A DNA stretch of 64,000 nt. It comes from an uncultured Planctomycetaceae bacterium (GTDB lineage Bacteria > Planctomycetota > Planctomycetia > Planctomycetales > Planctomycetaceae). Both the position numbers and the translations under genes were made by a program. Within the stretch, counting starts at the first letter, position 1, and every line of letters begins with the position of its first letter. Shown here one piece after another: positions 44,898-54,487 of this stretch. The stretch spans positions 800,001 through 864,000 of the forward strand of contig CAWFAK010000005.1 in assembly GCA_963813715.1 (NCBI GenBank), written 5' to 3'. Under the pieces are notes generated by a model. That model saw only the letters and a program-made list of their open reading frames with translations. It was not told the origin of the DNA and did not search any database.

Positions 44898-46028
44898 TGG
44901 CTGATTGCCGCGATCACGCGGTCGACGTCGGCATCAGCCAGCTGCGGAAACATCGGCAGGCTGAGGATTTCCTGGCAGAGCCCGCTTCGTGTCTGCTGTG
45001 CAGGTCGCCAAACACGAGCCCCCGGTCGCGATAGGCCGGTTGGAGATGCACGGGTACCGGATAATGGATGCCGGTGTGGATCGAGCGGCTCGCCAGGTAT
45101 GGCGGCCAACTCGTCCCGTGCCGGACGTGCGGATCACATACTGATGAAACACGTGTTCGACGCCGCTTGCCGCCGTCGGCAAGCCGAGTCCGAACCCGGC
45201 CAGTCCGGCCGAATAGCGGGCGGCGATCGCCCGGCGACGCTCATTGTCCGCGTCAAGCCGCGACAGTTTGACGCTGAGAATGGCCGCCTGCAGCGCATCG
45301 AGCCGCGAATTCGTGCCAGGGAACGCGCTGACGTAACGGTCGCGCCAGCCGTACTCGCGCAGACCGACGAGCCGCTCGCGCAGCCCGGTATCGTTCGTCG
45401 CGACCAGCCCGCCGTCGCCGAACGCGCCGAGGTTCTTGGTCGGATAGAAGCTGAAGGCCGCCAGGTCGCCGAACGTTCCCGTCCGGCGTGCCGCCGATGC
45501 GGGCCCCGTGCGACTGGGCGCAGTCTTCGATCACGCGCAAGCCGTGTCGCCGGGCGACTTCGAGGATCGCCGGCATGTCGGCCGGATGCCCGTAGAGATG
45601 CACGGGAATCACGGCGGCCAGTCGGCAGCCGGCGATCGAGCTGTGGCTTCGCACCACGTCTTCGACGGCCGCCGCGGTGATCGTGCAGGTGATCGGGTCG
45701 ACGTCGATCAGGACCGGGCGGGCGCCGACCGCTTCGATGGCGGCCACCGTCGCGACGGCGGTGTGCGAGGGAGCGATGACGGCCTGGCCGCGGACCGATC
45801 TCCAGAGCCCGCAAGCGCCAGTTCGACCGCGTCGGTTCCGCTGCCGACGCCCACGCAGTGCCGCACGCCGAGATAGCTCGCGAACTCGGCTTCAAACCGC
45901 GCGACCGTTTCGCCCAGGATGTAGCGCCCGCCGGCCAGCACGGCGGAGATCGCCGCGTCGAGGGCTGCCCGCTGCGCGACGTACGACGCGCCGGGATTGG
46001 CTTGGGGAATGGCAGGTCCGTCGCTCAT
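44851..46028 (-). CDS. DegT/DnrJ/EryC1/StrS sugar aminotransferase (several frameshifts; 3' end approximate)
   Basis: 'YILG..V..FE', 'GSGTDA', 'PVHLYGHPADM', 'IEDCAQSHGA', 'SFYPTKNLGA.GDGG', 'NSRLD.LQAA', 'HVFHQY', 'LSLPMFP'. Confidence 0.88.
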
Positions 46029-46033
46029 CGGCA

Positions 46034-47095
46034 CTAGCGGTAATGGTCCAGGTTGGTGCGGAAGAAGTCGAGCGTCTGCTTGAGCCCGTCTCGCAGAGAA
46101 ACGTGCGGCTGCCAGCCCAGCGTCTGACGGATGAGGGCGTCGTCGGCGTAGAAGTCGCCAATATCGATGCGTTTGCGGTCGGCGGGGAACTCGCGTTGGA
46201 CGAACTGTCCGCCGCCGTTGACCTCGACCAGCAGCCGCGCGAGATCGACCAGCGAGGTCACCTCGCCTCCGCCCAGGTTGAAGATCTGTCCGGCGGCCTG
46301 AGGTCGCACGGCTGCCAGCAACAGCGCCTCGACGCAGTCGTCGACGTAGGTGAAGTCGCGCAGTTGTTGCCCGCCCCAGACCTCGAACGGCTTGCCCTCG
46401 AGGAGCAGGCGAATCCAAACGCCGACGAAGGTTTGCCGCGCGTCCTTGATCCGCATTCGCGGACCGTACGTATTGGTCAGCCGCAGGGCGCAGGCCGGCA
46501 ATTCGTACACGTCGTGGTACAGGCGGTGATAGAACTCCCCGGCCAGCTTATTGATGCCATTGACGTCGACGGGGCGGAGCGGATGCCGCTCGTCGACGGG
46601 GAGCCGTTCGGGCCGCCCATAAATCTGCCGCGTGCTGGCAAAGACGATCCGCACCCCCGGATTGAATTTGCGACACGTTTCCAAAATCGACAGCTGTGCG
46701 CGGCAGTTGATCTCCAAATCGGTGAAGGGATCCTCCATCGAATCGAGATGGCTCGTCTGTCCGGCCAGATTGAAGAGGAAGTCCTGCCCGGTGACGTGCG
46801 TGCGGAGACTGTAGGGATCGCGGACGTCCGAGATATTGACGCGTACCCGGTTTTCGAGCCCCTGAATGTTAAATCGGTTGCCGCCGTATTCGGGCACCAG
46901 GCTGTCGACCAGCGTGACCGTTGCGCCAGCTTCGACGAGCCGTCGCGCCAAGTTGGAGCCGATAAAGCCGAGCCCGCCCGTAATCAGGACCTTCGCCCCC
47001 GAAAAGCGGCCGGCGTCCGGTTGTGCGGCGCCGCGCTGCGTCGGGTCGGGCTGTGCGGGGCGACTTTCATTCACAAGCGGCTCGCGATCTTCCAA
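46034..47095 (-). CDS. NAD-dependent epimerase/dehydratase
   Basis: 'VLITGGLGFIGS', 'NLAG', 'RLTNTYGP', 'RDFTYVDD'; start may be GTG 47074. Confidence 0.92.
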   Translation of the reverse strand: MEDREPLVNESRPAQPDPTQRGAAQPDAGRFSGAKVLITGGLGFIGSNLARRLVEAGATVTLVDSLVPEYGGNRFNIQGLENRVRVNISDVRDPYSLRTHVTGQDFLFNLAGQTSHLDSMEDPFTDLEINCRAQLSILETCRKFNPGVRIVFASTRQIYGRPERLPVDERHPLRPVDVNGINKLAGEFYHRLYHDVYELPACALRLTNTYGPRMRIKDARQTFVGVWIRLLLEGKPFEVWGGQQLRDFTYVDDCVEALLLAAVRPQAAGQIFNLGGGEVTSLVDLARLLVEVNGGGQFVQREFPADRKRIDIGDFYADDALIRQTLGWQPHVSLRDGLKQTLDFFRTNLDHYR

Positions 47096-47112
47096 CCAGG
47101 CTCACTCTCAGA

Positions 47113-48105
47113 CTAACTCTGCGCAGGCGGCGGACCCTTCAACACGCGGCGGGCCATCGACCGCAGTCCCCGCAGGCCGATTCGCAATCGGTGTCCGGCC
47201 TCGCTCCGTCGCAATTTCTTACGAATGATGCGTTCCGATTCGCGGGCCAGTTCGGCAAACACAGGCTCTGCCGTGGCTGTCCCCGCCCGCCGGGCCAGGT
47301 CGAGGGCGAAGCCGTGTTGCTCGCGGGTCGAAGCGATCACCCAGCCGAGTAGCCAGTCTCGCGTCGAAAACTGCCCGCTGCCGTGGAACGTATTCAAATA
47401 GGTCATTTCGCCCCAGCCGGGAGCGGCCCGCAACACGGTGGACAGCAGCCCGGTCCGGCCCTCTTCGAGGCGTGCTGCCTCTTCGGGCGACACTCTCAGC
47501 GTACCACGGACGTCGAGGTCGCACAGCCAAAACTCGGGCCGATCCATAGCCGCCAAGACCGTCGACAGCTTGTCTTCCCCCTCGTAGGCGTCGATGATCC
47601 CCGGCTCAAACTCGACGGCCAGCACGCGTAGGCACAAAGCCTCGCCCAGGCTCTGAAACAGCCGGAGATCGGTCCCCTGCGAATCACTCTTGAACCAGTC
47701 GACGCGATCGACGCCGGCTTCTTGCAGGACCTTCAGCAGGCCGACACAGGGGACCCGCACGGTTCGTTCGACGTCGAAGAGTCGGGCGAAGCTCCAATGC
47801 CCCAGGGCGGCCGCGTCGGGACGCAGGCGGCTCGAGCAGTAGGGTGAGCGGGTCAGATGGAACTCGGCCTCGCTCACGTCGTCGGCTGCGGCCGCGGCGG
47901 GTACAACATGCAATCGGCGGTAGCCGGATGTCTCGGCGTGCACTGCTTCCATGGCGCGACTGTCGGGATCGAAGGCGATGCAAATCGCATACGGGGCCAG
48001 GGCCCGCCACTTGGCGTTCGTGCCGCCCGAGGCACCGACCTCGACCAATACCGGCGGCTCGGCCGTGAATTCAGGTCGCGACAGGATGCGGTCGACGAGT
48101 TCCAA
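47113..48105 (-). CDS. FkbM-like SAM methyltransferase
   Basis: 'LVEVGASGG', 'IAFDPD', 'VDWFKSDSQGTDL' (FkbM 'LK.D.QG' analogue). Confidence 0.7.
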   Translation of the reverse strand: MELVDRILSRPEFTAEPPVLVEVGASGGTNAKWRALAPYAICIAFDPDSRAMEAVHAETSGYRRLHVVPAAAAADDVSEAEFHLTRSPYCSSRLRPDAAALGHWSFARLFDVERTVRVPCVGLLKVLQEAGVDRVDWFKSDSQGTDLRLFQSLGEALCLRVLAVEFEPGIIDAYEGEDKLSTVLAAMDRPEFWLCDLDVRGTLRVSPEEAARLEEGRTGLLSTVLRAAPGWGEMTYLNTFHGSGQFSTRDWLLGWVIASTREQHGFALDLARRAGTATAEPVFAELARESERIIRKKLRRSEAGHRLRIGLRGLRSMARRVLKGPPPAQS

Positions 48106-48135
48106 GGCGGTCTCTCAGGTCGACAAGCGGATTTC

Positions 48136-48972
48136 TCAGGTCGAATCAGGACGCTCGAACAGCAGGCCCGTATCGCCGGCCTTGGCTCCGTCGACGTGAA
48201 TCGTTCCGGCCAAAGCGTCAAACTCGTCCAGCAGTCGATACGCGGGCAGAAAGTGTGCCAGCACGCGGTCGCGATTGAGAATCCACGCCGGGTAGCTGAC
48301 GGCAAAACCGTAGATCGACGGGGGCACGCTTTGCACGGTGAGTTGATCGCCGGCTTCCCAGAGAGGCGTGCGATCGAGGATCACATGGCTGAGCCGGGCC
48401 CGGGCGACCTCCTGCAACATGGCGTGCGGATCCTCCACGTAGGGGAGCACTCCCGAGAGCACCGCCACGTTCACGCTCTCGGCCGCCAGGCAGGACGACA
48501 AGTCGCGGAAAAATCGCAAATTGTCGTTCTGAAAGTGCGCGATGCCGCAGTCGACGAAGGCGGATTGCTCCACCACGTTCCACCGCAATGGTCCGACTCC
48601 CTCCAGCAATCCGCGGCACTGAAAATAGGTGCTGCCCAGGGCACCGCCGATATCCACCACATTCAACGCACCACCGTTGCAGAGGGCGGCTCGTAACAGC
48701 CCCACGACGAGCGGATACGAGTGCGCGATTTTGTCGAACCGCACCGAATCGCGTTCGTAGGCCGCTTCCCCGCGAGCGACGGCCAGCTGCGCCTGTTTGA
48801 CCCGTTCGACGATGGCCGGCACGTCGTAGCCGTCCGAGTGACGGCGGGCGTCTTCCCAGGTGTCAAAGCGTCCAGAGTAGCGCACGGCCCCGTTCGCAGC
48901 AGTTCCTGAAAGTGCCCGACGAAGGTGCGGCGGAATCCAGCCAGCCAGCCAGTGCTTCAAATCGGCTCTCAT
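48136..48972 (-). CDS. TIGR04325-like methyltransferase
   Basis: 'W..A...S.GY', 'YERDSV.F', 'VVDIGGALGSTYF', 'WNVVEQ', 'SGVLPY', 'ILDRT', 'SYP.W'. Confidence 0.8.
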   Translation of the reverse strand: MRADLKHWLAGWIPPHLRRALSGTAANGAVRYSGRFDTWEDARRHSDGYDVPAIVERVKQAQLAVARGEAAYERDSVRFDKIAHSYPLVVGLLRAALCNGGALNVVDIGGALGSTYFQCRGLLEGVGPLRWNVVEQSAFVDCGIAHFQNDNLRFFRDLSSCLAAESVNVAVLSGVLPYVEDPHAMLQEVARARLSHVILDRTPLWEAGDQLTVQSVPPSIYGFAVSYPAWILNRDRVLAHFLPAYRLLDEFDALAGTIHVDGAKAGDTGLLFERPDST

Positions 48973-49494
48973 GAAAGATCAAGGATGACCCGGCGGCGGA
49001 CGGGTTGCGAAAGGACGCGGCGCTTGGGGGAACACCCAGGAAGAGTGGCCAAAAATCTACGATAACCCGGCGGTTTTGCCCCGGCAAGCGGCCTCAGCCG
49101 ACACTGCTTTGGCCTGCTAAGCACACTGACTACCGGTTAATGACTGACCTGGTTTCGCGGCTTGGCCACCCCATGGATGTAGGTAGATTTCGCAGCTTGC
49201 GGAATTGGTGAGATTTGCGCCGTCTTATGCGTTGAAGTTGGAACTCCGAACTGTATAGTGGGCGATTCAGGTGGACTCTATCAATCAAGTTGAGTTCACC
49301 GATGAAGCGGACTTGCTGGATTGGCGAGAGCGGAAAAGGGCCGACAACGGGGGTGCTTTCGGAATCTTGGCGAATCACGGCTGGGGCACGCCGTGGTCGC
49401 CGGACATCAACAATCGTTGAGTGCAGGTCGCGCGGACACAGGCTCTAGCGTTTCCTCGAACCCACATTGCTGTTTGCTAAGGAGGGGAATTCGG

Positions 49495-50112
49495 ATGTTC
49501 AAGTCGAGATGGTTCTGCGGCCTAGCCTTAAGCGCTGGAATGGCGCTTGCGACGCACCAAGCCGTCGCGCATCACCACCACTCCCACGGTTCCTACGGGA
49601 GCTGCGGCTCCTCGGGTGGTTCGTACGGCTCTTACGGATCGTCGGGCGGCTCGCATGGCTCGCACGGTTCTAGTGGCGGCTCTTGGGGCTCGCATGGCTC
49701 CAGTGGCAGCTCGGGTGGCTCATATGGCTCTTACGGCAGCACGGGCGGCACCGTGATGACGACGAGCACTCAGTCGACCGGCACAGTGTATACCAGCACG
49801 GGTCCAACCTTTGCCGAGCCGGCGCCGATGACCGCGAGCTCGGACGCGAATGGACACCTCACGCTGACCGTGCCGGAAGACTCGATCGTCTACCTCTGCA
49901 ACCAGCCGATGACGATCGCCGGCCCGGTTCGCGAATACGTCATTCCCGGTCTAAAGCCGGGACATGAGTACCGCTACCCGGTGCGCGTGGAAGTGACGCG
50001 CGGCGGCCAGCTGTACCGCGCCACCGCCGAGCCGCGGATTCAGTCCGGGCAGCAACTGGCACTGGCGTTCGGCGATGCGATCAGCAAGACGCCGGTCGTC
50101 GTCAGCAAGTAA
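49495..50112 (+). CDS. secreted TIGR03000-domain protein with His-rich N-terminus and Gly/Ser/aromatic repeats
   Basis: RBS aaggagggg; signal peptide ending AVA; C-terminal 'LTVPEDSIVY..NQ......R.Y..PGL.PG..Y.Y.VRVE...GG'. Confidence 0.85.
   Translation: MFKSRWFCGLALSAGMALATHQAVAHHHHSHGSYGSCGSSGGSYGSYGSSGGSHGSHGSSGGSWGSHGSSGSSGGSYGSYGSTGGTVMTTSTQSTGTVYTSTGPTFAEPAPMTASSDANGHLTLTVPEDSIVYLCNQPMTIAGPVREYVIPGLKPGHEYRYPVRVEVTRGGQLYRATAEPRIQSGQQLALAFGDAISKTPVVVSK
49588..49749 (+). repeat. five degenerate 30-nt repeats encoding GS[YHW]GS[CYH]GS[ST]G
   Basis: GSYGSCGSSG GSYGSYGSSG GSHGSHGSSG GSWGSHGSSG SSG GSYGSYGSTG G; synonymous codons vary between copies. Confidence 0.9.
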
Positions 50113-50187
50113 CGCAGTCTCTCGCGCCCTCGCCCGAGTGATCGTGTGAGGCTTAGACCGCGCCAGGCTTGAGACCGTGTGAACTTG

Positions 50188-50240
50188 AAAACAGGGAAGG
50201 GAGGCTCCTGCGGGCTTCCCTTCCTTGTTTGTTTTTTTGC
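50188..50240 (+). terminator. intrinsic terminator after the TIGR03000 gene
   Basis: aaacagggaagggaggct / gggcttcccttccttgttt stem (with G-U pairs) followed by gtttttttg. Confidence 0.8.
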
Positions 50241-50336
50241 TTCAGTGATGGCTGCGCTTCGGCGCGAGTGCGTGGACCACTTGTGGTCGACTGCCTCGTC
50301 CGGGCCCACGGCGCAGGACTTGGTGAGCTCCGTCAC

Positions 50337-51209
50337 ATGTCCACAAAGCGCCTGCTTCCGCCTGCCGCTTGGCGGGCTCTGCGATCCCGCGTCATCCCGA
50401 TCGTTCGCCGTTGGTCGCGTCCGGCCGGATTTTTGCTGGTCAACCTGTGGCTGATTTACCATTTGGCGGCAATCGTGTTGGCTCCGTGGTCCGTGCCGCC
50501 GGCGTCGCGGCTCATCCAGAACTCGTGGCGGGCCGTCGGGACCTACGACCAGGCCCTGTTCTTGAATCACGGCTACCACTACTTCGCTCCGGAGCCGGGG
50601 AACAGCACGCTATTGGGCTACGTGCTCGAAATGCCCGACGGGTCGCTACAAACGGGCCGCATTCCGAACCGTCAGATCCATCCCCGGCTGCTCTATCATC
50701 GTCACTTCATGCTCACCGAATCTCTGGCGTCCGATGATTGGTCACCGCAGGTCCGCGACGAGCTGGTGCAAGCGATGGCGAGCGAGTTGTGCCGTGAGCA
50801 CGGCGCGCGGCGCGTGACTTTGTCACGCGTCAGTCACGAGTTACCGTCGATGGAGTTTGTGCGGGCCGGTGGCACGCTCGACGATCCGGAGAAGTATTCC
50901 GAGGAGCCGCTCGGACGGTTCTCATACGACGACCAGACACAAACGGCCCAACTCGAGTCGCCTGCCGGCCTGGAAGCCGAACGGGACGACACGCCTCCGC
51001 TGGCCAATGCACGCTCCGCCGACACACGACCCACATCCGCGACCGGTCCCGCCATACCGATCGAAATTGTTCCTGCACCCGATCGCGCAAATGAATTCTC
51101 CCCCGCTGGCCTCGCGCTCGCTCAGTCGGCGGATTCCGCCCGGCGTTCGCCAGCGTGCGCGGCGCGCGTGGGAAGGAGTCTGGGGGCCGTGGCGCCGCTT
51201 CTGGTTTGA
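50337..51209 (+). CDS. SdpA/DUF5819-like single-TM partner of HTTM protein
   Basis: TM 'LWLIYHLAAIVLAP', then 'Y...LFLNHGYHYFAPEP' (W/Y-x-x-FAPxP motif), 'RLLYHRHFML', 'LCREHGA..V.L'. Confidence 0.65.
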   Translation: MSTKRLLPPAAWRALRSRVIPIVRRWSRPAGFLLVNLWLIYHLAAIVLAPWSVPPASRLIQNSWRAVGTYDQALFLNHGYHYFAPEPGNSTLLGYVLEMPDGSLQTGRIPNRQIHPRLLYHRHFMLTESLASDDWSPQVRDELVQAMASELCREHGARRVTLSRVSHELPSMEFVRAGGTLDDPEKYSEEPLGRFSYDDQTQTAQLESPAGLEAERDDTPPLANARSADTRPTSATGPAIPIEIVPAPDRANEFSPAGLALAQSADSARRSPACAARVGRSLGAVAPLLV

Positions 51210-52904
51210 GCCGGCCGACCCCACGCCGCTGGCCGTGATGCGGATCCTGTTCGGCGGCATGCTGCTCTATACGCAGATCGTGTGGGGGCTCAATCTCGAG
51301 GGTTTCTTGGGTCCGCACGGCTGGCAGGGGGAGACGTTGGTGCGGACCCTGCAGGCCGATCAGTTCGCCTGGTCGTTCTGGTGGTGGGTTCCCGTCAGTC
51401 TGCACGTCACCGTGCACCTCGTTTGCCTGGTGATTCTGGCGGCCTTCATGCTCGGGGCGTTTACGCCGACGACCTCGGTGCTCGCGTACCTGATCACGAT
51501 CGCGTATGCCAACCGTGCTCCGATGGCCAATTACGGTCTCGATCAGATCAACGGCATGGCCGCCCTTTATTTGGCGATTGGTCCCAGTGGCCGCGTGCTG
51601 TCGATCGACCGGCTGCGGCAGCACCTCCGCGCGGCCCGCACGCGGCTCTCCCAAGGATTGGAGCCGGCGATCCCTCCGTCGCAGCCATCGGCACGCGCCA
51701 ACCTGGCGCTGCGGTTGATGGAAGTGCACTTGTGTGTGATCTATGTCTTCGCGTGCCTGTCGAAGCTGCAGGGCGAGAGCTGGTGGAACGGCTTGGCCAT
51801 CTGGCAAGCCGTCTCGAATCTAGAATACCAGTCGCGCGATTTGACCTGGCTGGCCTGGTACCCGTGGCTGGTCAATCTGCTCACGCACGCCACGATCGCC
51901 TGGGAAATGACGTTCTGGGCGCTCGTGTGGCGTCCCGCGCTCCGCCCGTTCGTGCTGCTCGCCGGCACCGCGATCCACCTGGGAATCGGCGCCTTCATGG
52001 GGATGTGGACCTTCGGGCTAGCGATGATCTTCGCGTACATCTCGTTTCTGCCGGGAGAACCGATGGCCGCGCTCATCGGCCGCGCGACGAGCCAAGTCGG
52101 CCGACTGCTACGGTGGCTGGGCGTCGACATGGAACCGTCCGCGCGTCCCCGCCTCCGGGCCGCCTGGTTCGCGCTCGGGCTCACGGGCGAGTCACCGCCG
52201 CCGGATCATATCGACGCACAGCCTGCCGCGGGCGCAACCCCTGCGAGCCTGCCGGTCGCCACCACGACACCGCTGGCCACCGCGACTGCGATTCCCATGC
52301 GCGAGCCTTCGTCGACGCCTCTCGATCGAGTGGCCGCGCCTGGACCTGCCGCGAACGGTCGCCGCGATTTGCCTCAGATGCGGCCGTCGATCCTGGTGGT
52401 TGAAGGCCGTTTGAAGCGGCAGGCCGAAGTGCAGGAGTATTTTCTCAAGCATGGCTTTCGCTGCCATGTCGCGTCCGAGTTACATCAGGCGCGGTCGATG
52501 CTGGCGGTCATCGAGTTCGATGCGCTGATCGTCACCTCCTCCTGGTTTCCCGAGGATGAACTGGCTGCCTTCCACGACGGCTTGATCGGCGGCGGCACGG
52601 CGCTGCCGGCGAGCGTGTTCCTGTTGGGCCCGGTCGCGGGCAGACCTTCCCGCGTTTTCCCGAGACATCCCGGCATCGCGTGCTCATCGGCAGCCTGAGC
52701 CTGCGCGAGCTGCGGCACTTGGTGCTCGAAGTGCTCGGCTTGACCGAGGAATCGTTGCGGCCGTTCGTGAACCGTCGATCGCACTCGAAAAACGGTCATC
52801 GCTCGGCGACGCCCGACCGCCCCAAACTCGCAGACGAAGACTTGCCGCCCAAGACGACGTCCGACGTGCCGTCGATCTCCAGCGGAAATGGATCTTCCCC
52901 ATGA
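51091..52904 (+). CDS. HTTM-domain (SdpB / vitamin K-dependent carboxylase-like) membrane protein with C-terminal receiver-like domain (frameshift near 52660)
   Basis: 'W.RFWF.P..PTPLA..RI..G', 'NRAP..NYGLD', 'LSID', 'LRL...HLC.IY...LSKLQG..WWNG', 'WE', 'H.GIG..MG...F'; tail ORF 52680..52904 ends in ATGA overlap with next gene. Confidence 0.82.
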
Positions 52905-54112
52905 AACGAAGTGACGCGAAACGAATTGTTGCGGATCGTGTGGGCGTCGGCTCGGTTGGCTCGGCTCGCCGTGGCAGGTTCACTTCGCGGTGGTTGCTGC
53001 CGATCGCGGTTGCTTGTGCGGCGTACGGTTGTGCGGAGTCTTCCGAATCGCCCGAAGTGCTGGTCGCGCGCGGACACCTGATGGAGAATCGCGGCAAGCT
53101 CGACGAAGCGGTGGACGCGTACACGCGGGCCTTGGCGCGGCGACCGGACGATGCCTCGCTCTATTACTACCGGGGCGTGGCCCTCGGGCGGCAGGGGCAG
53201 TGGGATGAGGCCATTGCCGACTACACCCAGGCGATCGAGCACGATGCGGCCATGGCGCGGGCCTACAACAACCGGGCGGCCGCCTACGCTCACCAGCGGC
53301 GATTCGACGCGGCGGTTGCCGATTTCACCAAGGCCATCTCGCTCGACTCGAAGAGTGCCCTCGCCTACCGCAACCGCGGTCTCGCCTATCACGACCTGGG
53401 ACAGATCACGCCCTCGATTGAAGACTACACCGTGGCCATCGGACTCGATCCCCACGATTCCCAAAGCCTCTTCGAGCGCGGCAACGTCTATCTTGACGCG
53501 GGTCAATACCCGAAGGCCATCGCCGATTTCGATCAGGCGATCGCCCTTGATCCAATGCGGGCTGCCGCCTGGCTCAATCGGGGCGAAGCGCACCGCCGCT
53601 TGGGACACACGCAGCAGTGGCAGGCCGACCTGGCCCAGGCTCGCGTGCTCGATCCGAACGGGAAGCCGAGCGAGTTGGCCGCCGCTGTTCCGGAGAAGGC
53701 GTTACTGCCCTCGCCTTTGAAATCCGCGCCAGCTGCGTCCGCGCCCGATCCGGCGCTGCGACAGGAGCGGGCGATCGCGGTCGCCTCTGCGTTCCTGCGA
53801 GATCACGGGTACAAGGTCGAAACGTCGACAGCGCCCAAGCCGTTCCCGCTCGTGGGCCGCAAGGGCGATCAGCGGATTCCCGTGCGCGTGCAAGCGACGT
53901 CCGATGGCGAGCCGCTCCGCTTTACCCGCGACGATCTCGACCAGATGGCCCACTCGGGCGATCCGACTGCGCTGATTGTCGTCGGCCAGCTCGCGTCGCC
54001 GGCATCGCCAGGTCAGCCCTTCACGGGCGGCACCGTCATCAAATTCGTCGAAAACTGGCGGACGGTTCGCGACAAGCTCGTGCCCGTCGTCTTCGAGTTT
54101 CCCCTCCGGTAA
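52901..54112 (+). CDS. TPR-repeat putative lipoprotein with C-terminal restriction-endonuclease-like fold
   Basis: Lipobox-like 'ACAAYGC'; about six TPRs ('AIADYTQAI', 'AYNNR', 'AYRNRG', 'AIADFDQAI'). Confidence 0.82.
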   Translation: MKRSDAKRIVADRVGVGSVGSARRGRFTSRWLLPIAVACAAYGCAESSESPEVLVARGHLMENRGKLDEAVDAYTRALARRPDDASLYYYRGVALGRQGQWDEAIADYTQAIEHDAAMARAYNNRAAAYAHQRRFDAAVADFTKAISLDSKSALAYRNRGLAYHDLGQITPSIEDYTVAIGLDPHDSQSLFERGNVYLDAGQYPKAIADFDQAIALDPMRAAAWLNRGEAHRRLGHTQQWQADLAQARVLDPNGKPSELAAAVPEKALLPSPLKSAPAASAPDPALRQERAIAVASAFLRDHGYKVETSTAPKPFPLVGRKGDQRIPVRVQATSDGEPLRFTRDDLDQMAHSGDPTALIVVGQLASPASPGQPFTGGTVIKFVENWRTVRDKLVPVVFEFPLR

Positions 54113-54487
54113 ATGGCGGTAAGAAACTGTCCCGCAGTAGGTTGCGAACTCGTCGCGCCCGGCGGCGGTTGCGGCGAATGGCTGGGATTTAAGGGCATGT
54201 TGCCAGGGGTCAACGCCCGGATTGCGGCAACTTTCAGGTTTCGGCCCGGCTCGAACAGACGCGACGGTCTATCGTTTTTTAAGAGATCGCGGCGTAGCGA
54301 GCCTCTGCTGGTGGTGTGTGATTCTGCAGAAGACCTCGGCGGGGACTACCCCTCCGGGGTCTCTCTGTTTCAGGCGCCGCGATGCGTGATCGCGACGCCG
54401 TGCTCGTTGCCGCTGACAGATCATTGCCGGACCCGGATCCTTTATAATTTCCGAGATCCCGATCCGAGTTCAGCGAAGACCGACGTA

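Noticed and set aside
44618..45109. DegT-glycosyltransferase fusion or long overlap
   Set aside because: The junction lies in an indel-rich stretch; a GTGA stop/start at 44851-44854 fits two coupled genes but cannot be resolved without reads
48112..48144. Direct repeat tctcaggtcga as a target-site duplication
   Set aside because: 11 bp, nearly adjacent copies with no element between them
48973..49494. ncRNA or small ORFs in the AT-richer divergent spacer
   Set aside because: No convincing structure, RBS or promoter consensus; treated as a divergent promoter region
49588..49749. CRISPR array or DNA-level tandem repeat
   Set aside because: No identical repeats with unique spacers; conservation is at the peptide level
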